64,000 bases of DNA, taken from Actinomycetes bacterium. GTDB lineage: Bacteria; Actinomycetota; Actinomycetes; Actinomycetales; Dermabacteraceae. Below the pieces are notes generated by a model, which saw only the letters and a list, made by a program, of their open reading frames with translations, was not told the DNA's origin and searched no databases. Positions within the stretch are counted from its first letter, which is position 1, and each line of letters starts with the position of its first letter. The DNA lies in contig JAEWEZ010000014.1 of NCBI GenBank assembly GCA_023389045.1, forward strand, positions 7,772-71,771. The letters run 5' to 3'. This document shows positions 1 to 8,147 of this stretch, in pieces. The position numbers and the translations under genes were made by a program.

Positions 1-990
1 ATAGAAACCTTTCGCTCCCGTCCAAATGTCTTCATACATATCGGGAACAATGGCGACGATCCGCTGAAATGGCTTATCCACATAGGTGATATGGGTTTCC
101 GCCGCAATCTTGGCCATCGCAGCCCACGCTGCCTGCGGAGAACCGAAGGCAATCGCACCCAGCGTGTTGCTGTCCACCACATCGCAGGTGAAGCACAGTT
201 TCTCACTGGGCACGCGCTCACTGGCAGCATCGATAAGCTGGCGCACTGGCGTAATCCCCAGGGTGCCGATGATGCGACTTGCCGTGATCAGCGCGCCAAC
301 CCAGTGCGATACGTCGATCACATCGTGCACCGAACACCCCGGGAAGAAATACTTATTTCCCCCGGAAAAACCAACCACCTCATGGGGGAACACCGGCCCC
401 ACAATAAGGCTCACGTCATGTTCGACCACATGCCGATTAATCTGAACCCGCATCGGAACATCCCGCAAAAGACCCCCGGAGAGACGCTCAATCTCCTGCG
501 CGGAAATCTCCCCCAAATCCGCAATCTCGCTCGGATCATCCCAGGCGTGATTAAGCACCGTCCACCCGGGATAGCGCGCTTCCAGCCCCTCCGGCGCACC
601 CAGCAGACGCTCCAGAGCCGGCTCCGACATCGCAGCATGCGTCCCCAGTGCAATCAGCACCGTGACCCGGGAAGTCCGGCCCGCAAGCGCCGCATGCACA
701 GGGCCGAGGATCTGGGGCAGCGGAACCGTGCGCGTGCCATCCGGCACGATCACGCACACGCTTTTCCCGTCCAGATCGCAGGCTGCGATCTGCTCCTGCA
801 CAAAGCGATCCACCTGCTCAGGGGTGAGTTTTTGCCCGGGAGCACCGCACACGCTGGCCTGCTCGGCCAGGCCCTCCGGGATCGGAGGGATGGGCACGCT
901 ATTCGGACTCGGGGCGGCAGAGCTATCCGCGGCGTTGTCAGAGTCGGCGTGAGACGGAGAGCTCGGGGATGTGGGGGTCGCAGCGTTCAT
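1..990 (-). CDS. larA: Lactate racemase LarA-family (nickel-pincer-dependent) protein, 3' end runs off the window
   Basis: Not in the ORF track. Manual minus-strand translation from ATG at 990 (GGAGGA RBS upstream) gives VIVPDGTRT, LIALGTH and GPVFPHEVVGFSGGNKYFFPG, typical LarA/DUF2088 motifs; the frame is open to position 1. Confidence 0.88.
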   Translation of the reverse strand, partial: MNAATPTSPSSPSHADSDNAADSSAAPSPNSVPIPPIPEGLAEQASVCGAPGQKLTPEQVDRFVQEQIAACDLDGKSVCVIVPDGTRTVPLPQILGPVHAALAGRTSRVTVLIALGTHAAMSEPALERLLGAPEGLEARYPGWTVLNHAWDDPSEIADLGEISAQEIERLSGGLLRDVPMRVQINRHVVEHDVSLIVGPVFPHEVVGFSGGNKYFFPGCSVHDVIDVSHWVGALITASRIIGTLGITPVRQLIDAASERVPSEKLCFTCDVVDSNTLGAIAFGSPQAAWAAMAKIAAETHITYVDKPFQRIVAIVPDMYEDIWTGAKGFY

Positions 991-1313
991 CGCGGGTTCC
1001 TCCCTGCGGGGATGCAGCACATACTCACCACAACCCTGCCTTACTCACGGGCCCGACGCACGCAGGGAGACACTTTCCCGTCGGCCCCTAACCGCCGAGG
1101 CTGGCTTACTGGGAACCACGGGTGACCACCGTCCGCCCCCTTACCGGACACGCCCCGGACTCAGGCGGGCTCTTCACCCTCGCGACTCCCCGTCGGGCCC
1201 GTCCCCGACACGGCCTCCAACCCCATCCTGGTTCGTCCCCTCCGGACCAGTTCCCATTCATCCCAGCCCTATGGGTACCCCACCCCGCGCACCGTGCTCG
1301 ATACGATGAAGGC

Positions 1314-1391
1314 ATGAGCATGACGCGGGCTCACACCACCACGATCAGCACGATGCGACACCACCACCGCACCAGCGCACCGCCGCGCTGA
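1314..1391 (+). CDS. Possible leaderless 25-aa leader peptide MSMTRAHTTTISTMRHHHRTSAPPR upstream of pgm
   Basis: TACGAT (-10-like, 1302-1307) lies 6 nt before ATG 1314; Thr and His codon runs; ends 62 nt before pgm. Confidence 0.3.
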   Translation: MSMTRAHTTTISTMRHHHRTSAPPR

Positions 1392-1453
1392 GCAGCACGA
1401 TCGTTCCCGTCATCGCCGCCATCAGCCACCCTCACAGAGATAAGGAAGTCACC

Positions 1454-2875
1454 ATGTTGAAGTTCGGAACCGGCGGCTGGCGAGCCATCATCGGCGATGA
1501 GTTCACCCGCGCGAATATCCGTCTGCTCACCCAAGCCCTCGCCGACCGGATGCACGCCGAAGGTGTTGCCGAACGCGGCCTGGTCATCGCCTACGACCGT
1601 CGCTTCCTCTCCGACGTCGCCGCCTGGTGGGCCGTCGAAGTGCTCCTCGGCAACGACATCCCCACCACCCTCGTCACCCGCCCCGTCCCCACCCCCATGT
1701 GCATGTGGACCGTGCGGCAAAAAGAAGCGCCCTACGGCATGGCCGTCACCGCCTCCCACAACCCCGCCCTCTACAACGGCATCAAGGTGTTCACCGAAGG
1801 TGGGCGCGATGCGACCGTCGAGGTGACCGACGAAATCGCCGCGCGGATCGCGCAGATCAGCGACGCCGATGTGCGCTCCGTCGAACCCCATGAGGCCAAA
1901 AACCACCCCCTGCTGACCATGCAGGAATCCATCAACTGGTATCTCGACGCGATCCTCGAACAGCTCGATATCGAGACCATCCGCCACGCTCACCTGCGGA
2001 TCGTGCTCGACCCGATGTATGGCGTGGCGCAGACCGCGATGCAGACCGTGCTGGTCACCGCCCGCTGCCAAGTCGAAGTGATCAACGCTCGGCACGATCC
2101 CCTCTTCGGCGGGCGGATGCCCTCCCCCGCTGCCGGATCGCTCGCCCCGCTGCGCCAGGCCGTTCTCGATACCGGCGCTGACCTGGGCATTGCCACCGAC
2201 GGGGATGCCGACCGACTCGGCATCATCGACGACACCGGCGCCTTCCTCTCCCCCAACCAGATCCTCGTGCTGCTGTACGAATACCTGCTCACCGGCAAGG
2301 GCTGGGAGGGGCCGGTGGTGCGCAACCTCTCCACCACGCATCTGCTGGACCGGGTGGCGGCCGCGCATGGCCAGGAATGCCATGAGGTGCCCGTCGGCTT
2401 CAAATGGATCAGCGCGAAAATGGCGGAGACCGGCGCGATCATCGGTGGGGAATCCTCCGGCGGTCTCACCGTGCGCGGACACATCCCCGGTAAGGACGGC
2501 ATTCACGCCGGTTCGCTGCTGGTTGAGGCCGTCGCGAAATCCGGCAAGAAACTGTCGGAGCTGTACTCCGACATCGTTGAACGCTACGGCCGCCTCGAGA
2601 TGGTCGAGACCGCCTTCGGGTACACGCCGGAGCGGCGCGAAGCCCTGCAGCGGCAGATCTTTGAAGAGCACGACCTGCCCGCCTTTGACCGTGAGGTCGC
2701 GCGCATCTCCTGGGAAGACGGCTGCAAGGTGTACTTCGCCGACGACTCCTGGGTGACGATCCGCTTCTCCGGCACCGAGCCGGTGATCCGCGTGTTTGCG
2801 GAGGCACCGAGTGCGGAGGAGGCCGGCAAGCTGGCAGAGACGGTGAAGGCGTACTACGGCCTCGAGGCCGACTGA
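1454..2875 (+). CDS. Phosphoglucomutase/phosphomannomutase family protein
   Basis: FGTGGWR N-terminus, TASHNP catalytic Ser motif, DGDADR metal loop, GESSGG, RFSGTEP; AAGGAAG RBS. Confidence 0.95.
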   Translation: MLKFGTGGWRAIIGDEFTRANIRLLTQALADRMHAEGVAERGLVIAYDRRFLSDVAAWWAVEVLLGNDIPTTLVTRPVPTPMCMWTVRQKEAPYGMAVTASHNPALYNGIKVFTEGGRDATVEVTDEIAARIAQISDADVRSVEPHEAKNHPLLTMQESINWYLDAILEQLDIETIRHAHLRIVLDPMYGVAQTAMQTVLVTARCQVEVINARHDPLFGGRMPSPAAGSLAPLRQAVLDTGADLGIATDGDADRLGIIDDTGAFLSPNQILVLLYEYLLTGKGWEGPVVRNLSTTHLLDRVAAAHGQECHEVPVGFKWISAKMAETGAIIGGESSGGLTVRGHIPGKDGIHAGSLLVEAVAKSGKKLSELYSDIVERYGRLEMVETAFGYTPERREALQRQIFEEHDLPAFDREVARISWEDGCKVYFADDSWVTIRFSGTEPVIRVFAEAPSAEEAGKLAETVKAYYGLEAD

Positions 2876-3101
2876 GCTCCATCTCGGCGTCGAGGATGAC
2901 TTCGTGGCGCCACGCCGCGCACACCCCGCCCTCGTGGTGGACACCGTCTCCGACCTCGAGAACCTTGGAGAGCGGATCCAGCATCACGGCTACACGGTCT
3001 CCTGGGAGGAACGCAGCACCTTCGAGGGGTACGAGCGCTTCCACTGCCGCGACGGCTTCGGGAACCGCATCGAGGTGATGACGCCTGCGACCCGAGGCTG
3101 A
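2874..3101 (+). pseudogene. C-terminal half of a VOC/glyoxalase family gene, N-terminus missing
   Basis: The frame from 2874 reads ELHLGVEDDFVAPRRAHPAL...GYERFHCRDGFGNRIEV, the second half of a glyoxalase-like protein. It begins inside the pgm stop codon, with no room for the first half. Confidence 0.7.
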
Positions 3102-3158
3102 GCCGGCGGACGATCCTCTGGTTTCGCCATCACGCCGAACCTCGATAACGTGCTGGTC

Positions 3159-4205
3159 ATGAGCACGTTCACCGTCCGCCCCACCACTGCGGCCGATGTC
3201 ATCGCAGGGCAGGAGTTGTTCCCCGGGATGCAGCCGAACCACTGGGCCCCGGGCGGCAACCGGCGATCCTTCGCGCTGCTCGGTGAGGGTAGCGAGGTGC
3301 TCGGCCATTGCCGCGGCATCGACAACCCCATCCACCCGCACTCGCGCACGCTCGTCTTCGAGGTCGCTCCCGTGGTGCGGGGGACGGCAGCGGAGGTGGC
3401 GCTTCTCCAGGCGCAGATTGACGCCTCAACCCTGCCGCTGCACGCCAAACCGACCGGGGACGACCGGGCTCTGTGTGCCCTGCTGGAACGCTGTGGCGGG
3501 ATATTGGTGCAGCTCATGCCGCCGTGGCGGCGTGCCGTGGGGCCGGAGCTTCGCCGGTGGGCTGAGCAAGTCCTTCAGGGGGCCGCGGGGGTGGCGGAGG
3601 AGTCAAGCGTGTCGGGTGCGTCGGGCTTATTAGGTGTAGCGGCGCCACGGATCGTGCCCGCGCGGGACGTGCCGCTCGCGGAGCTCCAGGCACTCGAGGT
3701 CGAGCACTACATTGCGCAGCATGCGTCGTGGTCGCCGGCAGCAGACCCCGTCACCTTGCGCGAGGCTTTTGCCGAGGACCACGATCCACGCTCTGCGGAC
3801 ACCTGGGATCGCGACTGCTCTCAGGCGCTAGTGGGGGCGAACGGGTCTGTGCTCGCTGCCGCGCTGCTGTGGGGAAGCCCTGGCACTGCCGTCGCTCCCG
3901 CCACCGGGGACGATGCCCCGGAGCTCGTGCATCTCTCCCGTCCGTTCGGCGGGGCGGAGGCTTGTGCATGGAAGCAGCAGGTCATAGCCGCCGTGGTTGC
4001 TGAGCTGCCTGACGGGGCAGAGGTGTGTATTGATGCGCACGCCTCTTTGGCTAAGGAATACGCGGCAATCGCCACGATCCCCGGCTGCGTTGATCGCATG
4101 TGGACGGCGATTGTGGCGGTTCCCGTCCCCGGCGGCCCTGCACCCATCCCCTTCTCCGCAGAGTTGATCCCTGACCAGGCCGCCTGGGCACGCGCCTTCG
4201 CCTAG
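3159..4205 (+). CDS. Hypothetical protein, possibly degenerate GNAT-like
   Basis: Open 348-codon frame; TAACGT-N7-ATG leaderless-type start; the GNAT resemblance (FEVAPVVRG) is weak. Confidence 0.55.
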   Translation: MSTFTVRPTTAADVIAGQELFPGMQPNHWAPGGNRRSFALLGEGSEVLGHCRGIDNPIHPHSRTLVFEVAPVVRGTAAEVALLQAQIDASTLPLHAKPTGDDRALCALLERCGGILVQLMPPWRRAVGPELRRWAEQVLQGAAGVAEESSVSGASGLLGVAAPRIVPARDVPLAELQALEVEHYIAQHASWSPAADPVTLREAFAEDHDPRSADTWDRDCSQALVGANGSVLAAALLWGSPGTAVAPATGDDAPELVHLSRPFGGAEACAWKQQVIAAVVAELPDGAEVCIDAHASLAKEYAAIATIPGCVDRMWTAIVAVPVPGGPAPIPFSAELIPDQAAWARAFA

Positions 4206-4223
4206 CCGGCGCGGTGGCCGGGC

Positions 4224-4290
4224 GAAAACGGGACTCAGCTGGTCGGAGCTGTGCAATATGCACGGCTGCGGCCGCCTCCGTCCCCTTTTC
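4224..4290 (+). repeat. 67-bp palindromic REP-like element, copy A1
   Basis: GAAAACGGGAC...AGCTGTGCA-ATA-TGCACGGCT...GTCCCCTTTTC imperfect hairpin. Confidence 0.9.
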
Positions 4291-4426
4291 TCACAAGGCC
4301 ACCCCCAACCACGCCACCGCACCGCGCCAGGGAGGCAGAACCGGGGCAGAGCCAGGACTCAGCCAGGGCAGGACCGGGACTAAGTCAGGCTAGGGCTGAG
4401 CCGGGCTAGCCGAGCGGCGGCCGCGC

Positions 4427-4493
4427 GAAAACGGGACTCAGCCGGTCGGAGCTGTGCAATATGCACGACTACGGCCGCCTCCGTCCCCTTTTC
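4427..4493 (+). repeat. 67-bp palindromic REP-like element, copy A2
   Basis: Near-identical to A1, 203 bp downstream; the similarity extends to about 100 bp. Confidence 0.9.
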
Positions 4494-4633
4494 TCACAAG
4501 GCCACCCCCCAACCACGCCACCGCGCCGCACCAGGGCCGAACTAGACGAGGCCCATCACAAACCCGAAGCACGGCCACGGCGCACTCCTGCGCAAGCGAG
4601 TGCACCAACCCCGCCGTCCGCTTGAATAGACGC

Positions 4634-5263
4634 ATGCAGCTTTCACCCTTTGACCCGCAGCAGAACCGGTGGCGTGCCACCGTGGCCCGCAACCCCGAGC
4701 ATTCCCGCATGTACGCCGAGCGGTGGGATCGCCTGGTCGCGGAGGGGATGGACATCGATGGCGAGGCGCGTCTGATGGACGCGATGGCCGAGCGGGGCAG
4801 CCGCATCCTTGACGCGGGCTGCGGGCAGGGCCGTGTCGGCGGGCGCCTCGCAGCCTGCGGGCATCACGTGACCGGTGTGGATATCGACGAGTACCTCATC
4901 GGCTGCGCCACCGAGGCCTTCCCCGAGGCACGCTGGGAAGTGCAGGACCTCGCCACCCTCGATCTGCGCATGGCCGACGGTGCGCGTGAACTGTTCGACC
5001 TGGTCGTGAGCGCCGGCAACGTGATGACCTTCCTGGCGGAGACGGAACGCCGCCCCGCACTCGCCAGCATCGCCGAGCACCTTGCTGAGAAGGGCCGCGC
5101 CGTCATTGGCTTCGGCGCCGGCCGCGGCTGGAGCTTCGCCGACTTCGAACTCGACGCCCAGTCCGCTGGCCTGCAGGTTGTGCAGCGTTTCGGCGGTTGG
5201 GACCTCCGTTGCCCCACAGACGACTTCCAGGTCACGGTGCTGATGCGAGCTGACGCGTCCTAA
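4634..5263 (+). CDS. Class I SAM-dependent methyltransferase
   Basis: ILDAGCGQGR motif I, VTGVDID, FDLVVSAGNV. The upstream extension in the ORF track runs through repeat DNA, so the start was moved to ATG 4634. Confidence 0.9.
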   Translation: MQLSPFDPQQNRWRATVARNPEHSRMYAERWDRLVAEGMDIDGEARLMDAMAERGSRILDAGCGQGRVGGRLAACGHHVTGVDIDEYLIGCATEAFPEARWEVQDLATLDLRMADGARELFDLVVSAGNVMTFLAETERRPALASIAEHLAEKGRAVIGFGAGRGWSFADFELDAQSAGLQVVQRFGGWDLRCPTDDFQVTVLMRADAS

Positions 5264-5310
5264 GGTGGCGCGGCCTGCCCGGCGGTGCTCCCTCGGGCCT
5301 CCTCCTCGCC

Positions 5311-7008
5311 CTAGCCGAGCAGTCGGCGCGCGGCCTCGCGTGCCCGGTCGAGCGTCTCCCGCTGCGTCCACTGCAGAGCCTGCGCCGCCCGCGCCACATC
5401 GCGAAACTCCGGTTCGCAACGCACCACGTGTCCCTCGGCATCACGCGCCACCTTCACGCGCACAGGCTGACCTTCCACCTGCACCTCTTCGAAGGCGCGG
5501 TGGCGAACGGTCCGCTCCACTAGATGCCGACGGACACCTAACGTGCCGGTCAGACGCATGATCTGACCGGTGGCCGCGTGAGTCTGCTCTTCGCGTACGA
5601 GCGCGTGAACGGTCACCGCCGGGCGCCCGTGTTTCATCACGATGGGTGTGAGCCAGGCGTCGAGCGCGCCATCATCCAGCAGCGACTGCACAGCCCCGGG
5701 CCACAGGCGCGGATCGAGATCATCCACATTCGCTTCGAGTTGCACGGCCCGGCTCGGGGTGGCGTGCGCGTCCGGCGCGAGGGTGGGGGCCGACGGGGTT
5801 GGGGCCGACGGGGTTGGGGCCGACGGGTCAGTTCCCTCGATGCGCGCAGACGCCTCGGGAGAGGCGGCCTCTGCAGCGGGCCTGCCGATCAAAACCCGCA
5901 CGACGTTGGGGCGACCGGGTGTGTCTTTCGTGCCGGCACCGACTCCGATGGCCTCGGTCAGCAGGGTTGGCTGTGGGCCGGAGTTGCTGCACAGTGCGCG
6001 GACGAGCGCGACGCCTGTTGGGGTGGCCAGTTCTCCGATGCCGGGGGCGACGCCCTCGGGTGCCGGTGATGCAGGGTGCGCGTGCGGACCGCCCACGGCG
6101 TGCTCCGGTAGCTGCTCCTCGGAGGCGACTTCGGGTGCGTGGTCGGCAGCGGAGTGCGGGTGGGCGTGTGGGTGGCTGTGGCTATGGGAATGACCGTGAT
6201 CGTGTGAATGGGAATGACCGTGATCGTGTGAATGGGAATGGCCGTGGTCGTGCCCGTGGCCGTGGTCATGGCCATGGTCATGCCCGTGACCGTGGTCATG
6301 GCCGTGCGAATGGGAATGGCCGTGGCCGTGCGAGTGCGCATGGTCATGCGAGTGACCATGGCCGTGGGAATGGCTGTGACTGTGGGAATGCGAATGGCTG
6401 TGATGATGCCCGCGTGCCGGTCGCAGGTCCCCGGCGACCGTCGGCCACCCCAACGCCAAACGAGCCACCGCCGGAACCGGCACGGGAATATCGCCATGAG
6501 CAGCACGGATACGACCGGATCCGACAGCGATCACGCTGCCCACCCCATCGCTGATACCAAGCTGCCGCCACGCCTCGCACGCACCCACCACGTCAGCGAT
6601 CGAATCCAGAGCGCCGACTTCGTGGAAGTGCACGTCATCCGGGTCCATGCCATGGGTCGCGCCCTCAGCCTGGGCCAGGCGTTCGAAGGCGGCCAGAGCC
6701 ATATCGCAGGTGCGCTCCGGGACAGAACCGTTCTGCCGAGCGTCGGTGAGCATGGAACGGATCGAGGCCCAGGTTCGGAGCGGCGGATCCTCCACCAGCA
6801 CTTTGACGTCAACTTTGAGCGCGGCCTGGCCGCACCGGTCCACGCGGCGTGAACTGAGTGCGACAGCTCCGGGGATCAGCGCATCGAGAACACGCTGAAC
6901 AGCGTCAAGATCGGCCCCGGCATCAACAAGAGCGGCTAGCAGCATGTCGCCAGCGATGCCGGCGGTGGCGTCGATCCAGGCATGGCGGGAAGCATCGGTG
7001 CTCAGCAT
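5311..7008 (-). CDS. larC: Nickel pincer cofactor biosynthesis protein LarC (Ni insertase) with a long His-rich insertion
   Basis: WIDATAGIAGDMLLAAL, VHFHEVGALDSIAD, HGDIPVPVPA, GELATPTG, LEANVDD, PIVMKHGRP, PEFRD; TAGCAT-N7-ATG start. Confidence 0.93.
   Translation of the reverse strand: MLSTDASRHAWIDATAGIAGDMLLAALVDAGADLDAVQRVLDALIPGAVALSSRRVDRCGQAALKVDVKVLVEDPPLRTWASIRSMLTDARQNGSVPERTCDMALAAFERLAQAEGATHGMDPDDVHFHEVGALDSIADVVGACEAWRQLGISDGVGSVIAVGSGRIRAAHGDIPVPVPAVARLALGWPTVAGDLRPARGHHHSHSHSHSHSHSHGHGHSHDHAHSHGHGHSHSHGHDHGHGHDHGHDHGHGHDHGHSHSHDHGHSHSHDHGHSHSHSHPHAHPHSAADHAPEVASEEQLPEHAVGGPHAHPASPAPEGVAPGIGELATPTGVALVRALCSNSGPQPTLLTEAIGVGAGTKDTPGRPNVVRVLIGRPAAEAASPEASARIEGTDPSAPTPSAPTPSAPTLAPDAHATPSRAVQLEANVDDLDPRLWPGAVQSLLDDGALDAWLTPIVMKHGRPAVTVHALVREEQTHAATGQIMRLTGTLGVRRHLVERTVRHRAFEEVQVEGQPVRVKVARDAEGHVVRCEPEFRDVARAAQALQWTQRETLDRAREAARRLLG
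6172..6410 (-). repeat. (H-x)n coding repeat, including 24-bp tandem units, within larC
   Basis: Repeated GGGAATGACCGTGATCGTGTGAAT and GCCGTGGTCAT units encoding alternating His. Confidence 0.9.
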
Positions 7009-7087
7009 GTCTTCGATGCTATGCGGAAGAAGCCCGGGGTGGGGCGACAGGGGCGTGCCAGTTCGCGGAGTGCACGAAAGAGCGGGA

Positions 7088-7154
7088 CGACAAGGGACTG
7101 GAGCGGTGCTAGCCCTGCATATTGCACAGCTAGAGCCGCTCCAGTCCCGTTTTC
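7088..7154 (-). repeat. 67-bp palindromic REP-like element, copy B1
   Basis: GGGACTGGAGCGG...TGCATATTGCACAGCT...CCGCTCCAGTCCCGTTTTC, in reverse orientation relative to the A copies. Confidence 0.9.
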
Positions 7155-7302
7155 ACGCGCATGCATCTGCGCCAAGCCTGCCCGCGACTCGGCCAGCCCT
7201 GCCCGGCCCTCGGCCGGCCCTCGCCTGGCTTCGCCCCGGCTCTGCCCCCGCTGGCGCGGCGCTGCGGCACGGTTACACGCCGCACCTGCCCCGGCCCCGC
7301 AA

Positions 7303-7369
7303 CAAAAGGGGACTGAGGCAGCCTCAGCCGCGCATATTGCACAGCTAGAGCCGCTCCAGTCCCTTTTCG
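7303..7369 (-). repeat. 67-bp palindromic REP-like element, copy B2
   Basis: CAAAAGGGGAC...GCATATTGCACAGCT...GTCCCTTTTCG. Confidence 0.9.
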
Positions 7370-7405
7370 TTCCGCTCGGCCTCGCTCAACCCACGCCGGG
7401 CCGGC

Positions 7406-7744
7406 TCAGGCCGGGCTCGTGGCAGCTGGCGCGTGGGTGACGGTGGTCAGCAGGAACACGGAGTCCTCAAGTGCCTCGACCCCGTGACGCTGATGGGGAA
7501 TGGGCTGCAGTTCGCCGGCGCTCACGATGCTTGACTCCACCCCGGTGATCTTCACTTTCCCGGCAAGGACCTGCATCGAGGCCGCCGGCGGCGCATTGTG
7601 CTCGGCCAGGGCCGCGCCCTGGACTAGGGCGAGCACGATCTGCCGCAGGGGGCCATCGGCCACGATCACCTCGGCGTGGCGGCCATTCTCCTGCACGCGG
7701 GCAGATTCGAGGGCAGCCTGAGCAATAGTGTGCAGGTCAGACAT
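7406..7744 (-). CDS. Small cupin-domain protein
   Basis: GPLRQIVLAL, LAEHNAPPAASMQVLAG, IPHQRHGVEALEDSVFLLT; GAAGGGA RBS before ATG 7744. Confidence 0.85.
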   Translation of the reverse strand: MSDLHTIAQAALESARVQENGRHAEVIVADGPLRQIVLALVQGAALAEHNAPPAASMQVLAGKVKITGVESSIVSAGELQPIPHQRHGVEALEDSVFLLTTVTHAPAATSPA

Positions 7745-7913
7745 GGTTTTCCCTTCAGTGGGTGCGAATGCTTCTGTTGAGCTGCGGTACGCCGTGGGTC
7801 TGGCCGGCGGATCCGTGGGCCTGGCCAGCAGATGCACCGCATCCGCAGTGCATACGGGCGGCCTAGTCCCTCCATATGCCAAGCCAATCGTCGATGTTCC
7901 GCAGTTCTTGGGT

Positions 7914-7980
7914 GCAGACGGTACTGGAGCGGTGCTAGCCCTACATATTGCACAGCTAGAGCCGCTCCAGTCCCGTTTTC
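7914..7980 (-). repeat. 67-bp palindromic REP-like element, copy C1
   Basis: 7923-7985 matches 7097-7159 at 62 of 63 positions. Confidence 0.9.
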
Positions 7981-8053
7981 ACGCGGCTGCACATTCCTCG
8001 AAACTCGCCCTGGTCTGCTTCAGCCCCTGCCCAGCCCTACCCCGGCCCCGCAA

Positions 8054-8120
8054 CAAAAGGGGACTGAGACGGCCCCAACCGTGCATATTGCACAGCTCCG
8101 ACCGCCTCAGTCCCTTGTCG
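8054..8120 (-). repeat. 67-bp palindromic REP-like element, copy C2
   Basis: Shares CCCCGGCCCCGCAACAAAAGGGGACTGAG with B2 and carries the CATATTGCACAGCT core. Confidence 0.9.
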
Positions 8121-8147
8121 TTCCGCTGGGCCGCTCCCGGCCCCAGC

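Noticed and set aside
91..1125. 344-aa plus-strand ORF
   Set aside because: Shadow of larA, which is on the minus strand with clear motifs.
4224..8120. Integron attC or IS/MITE identity for the 67-bp hairpins
   Set aside because: No RYYYAAC/GTTRRRY ends, no integrase or transposase in the window, and no clear target-site duplications; kept as REP-like.
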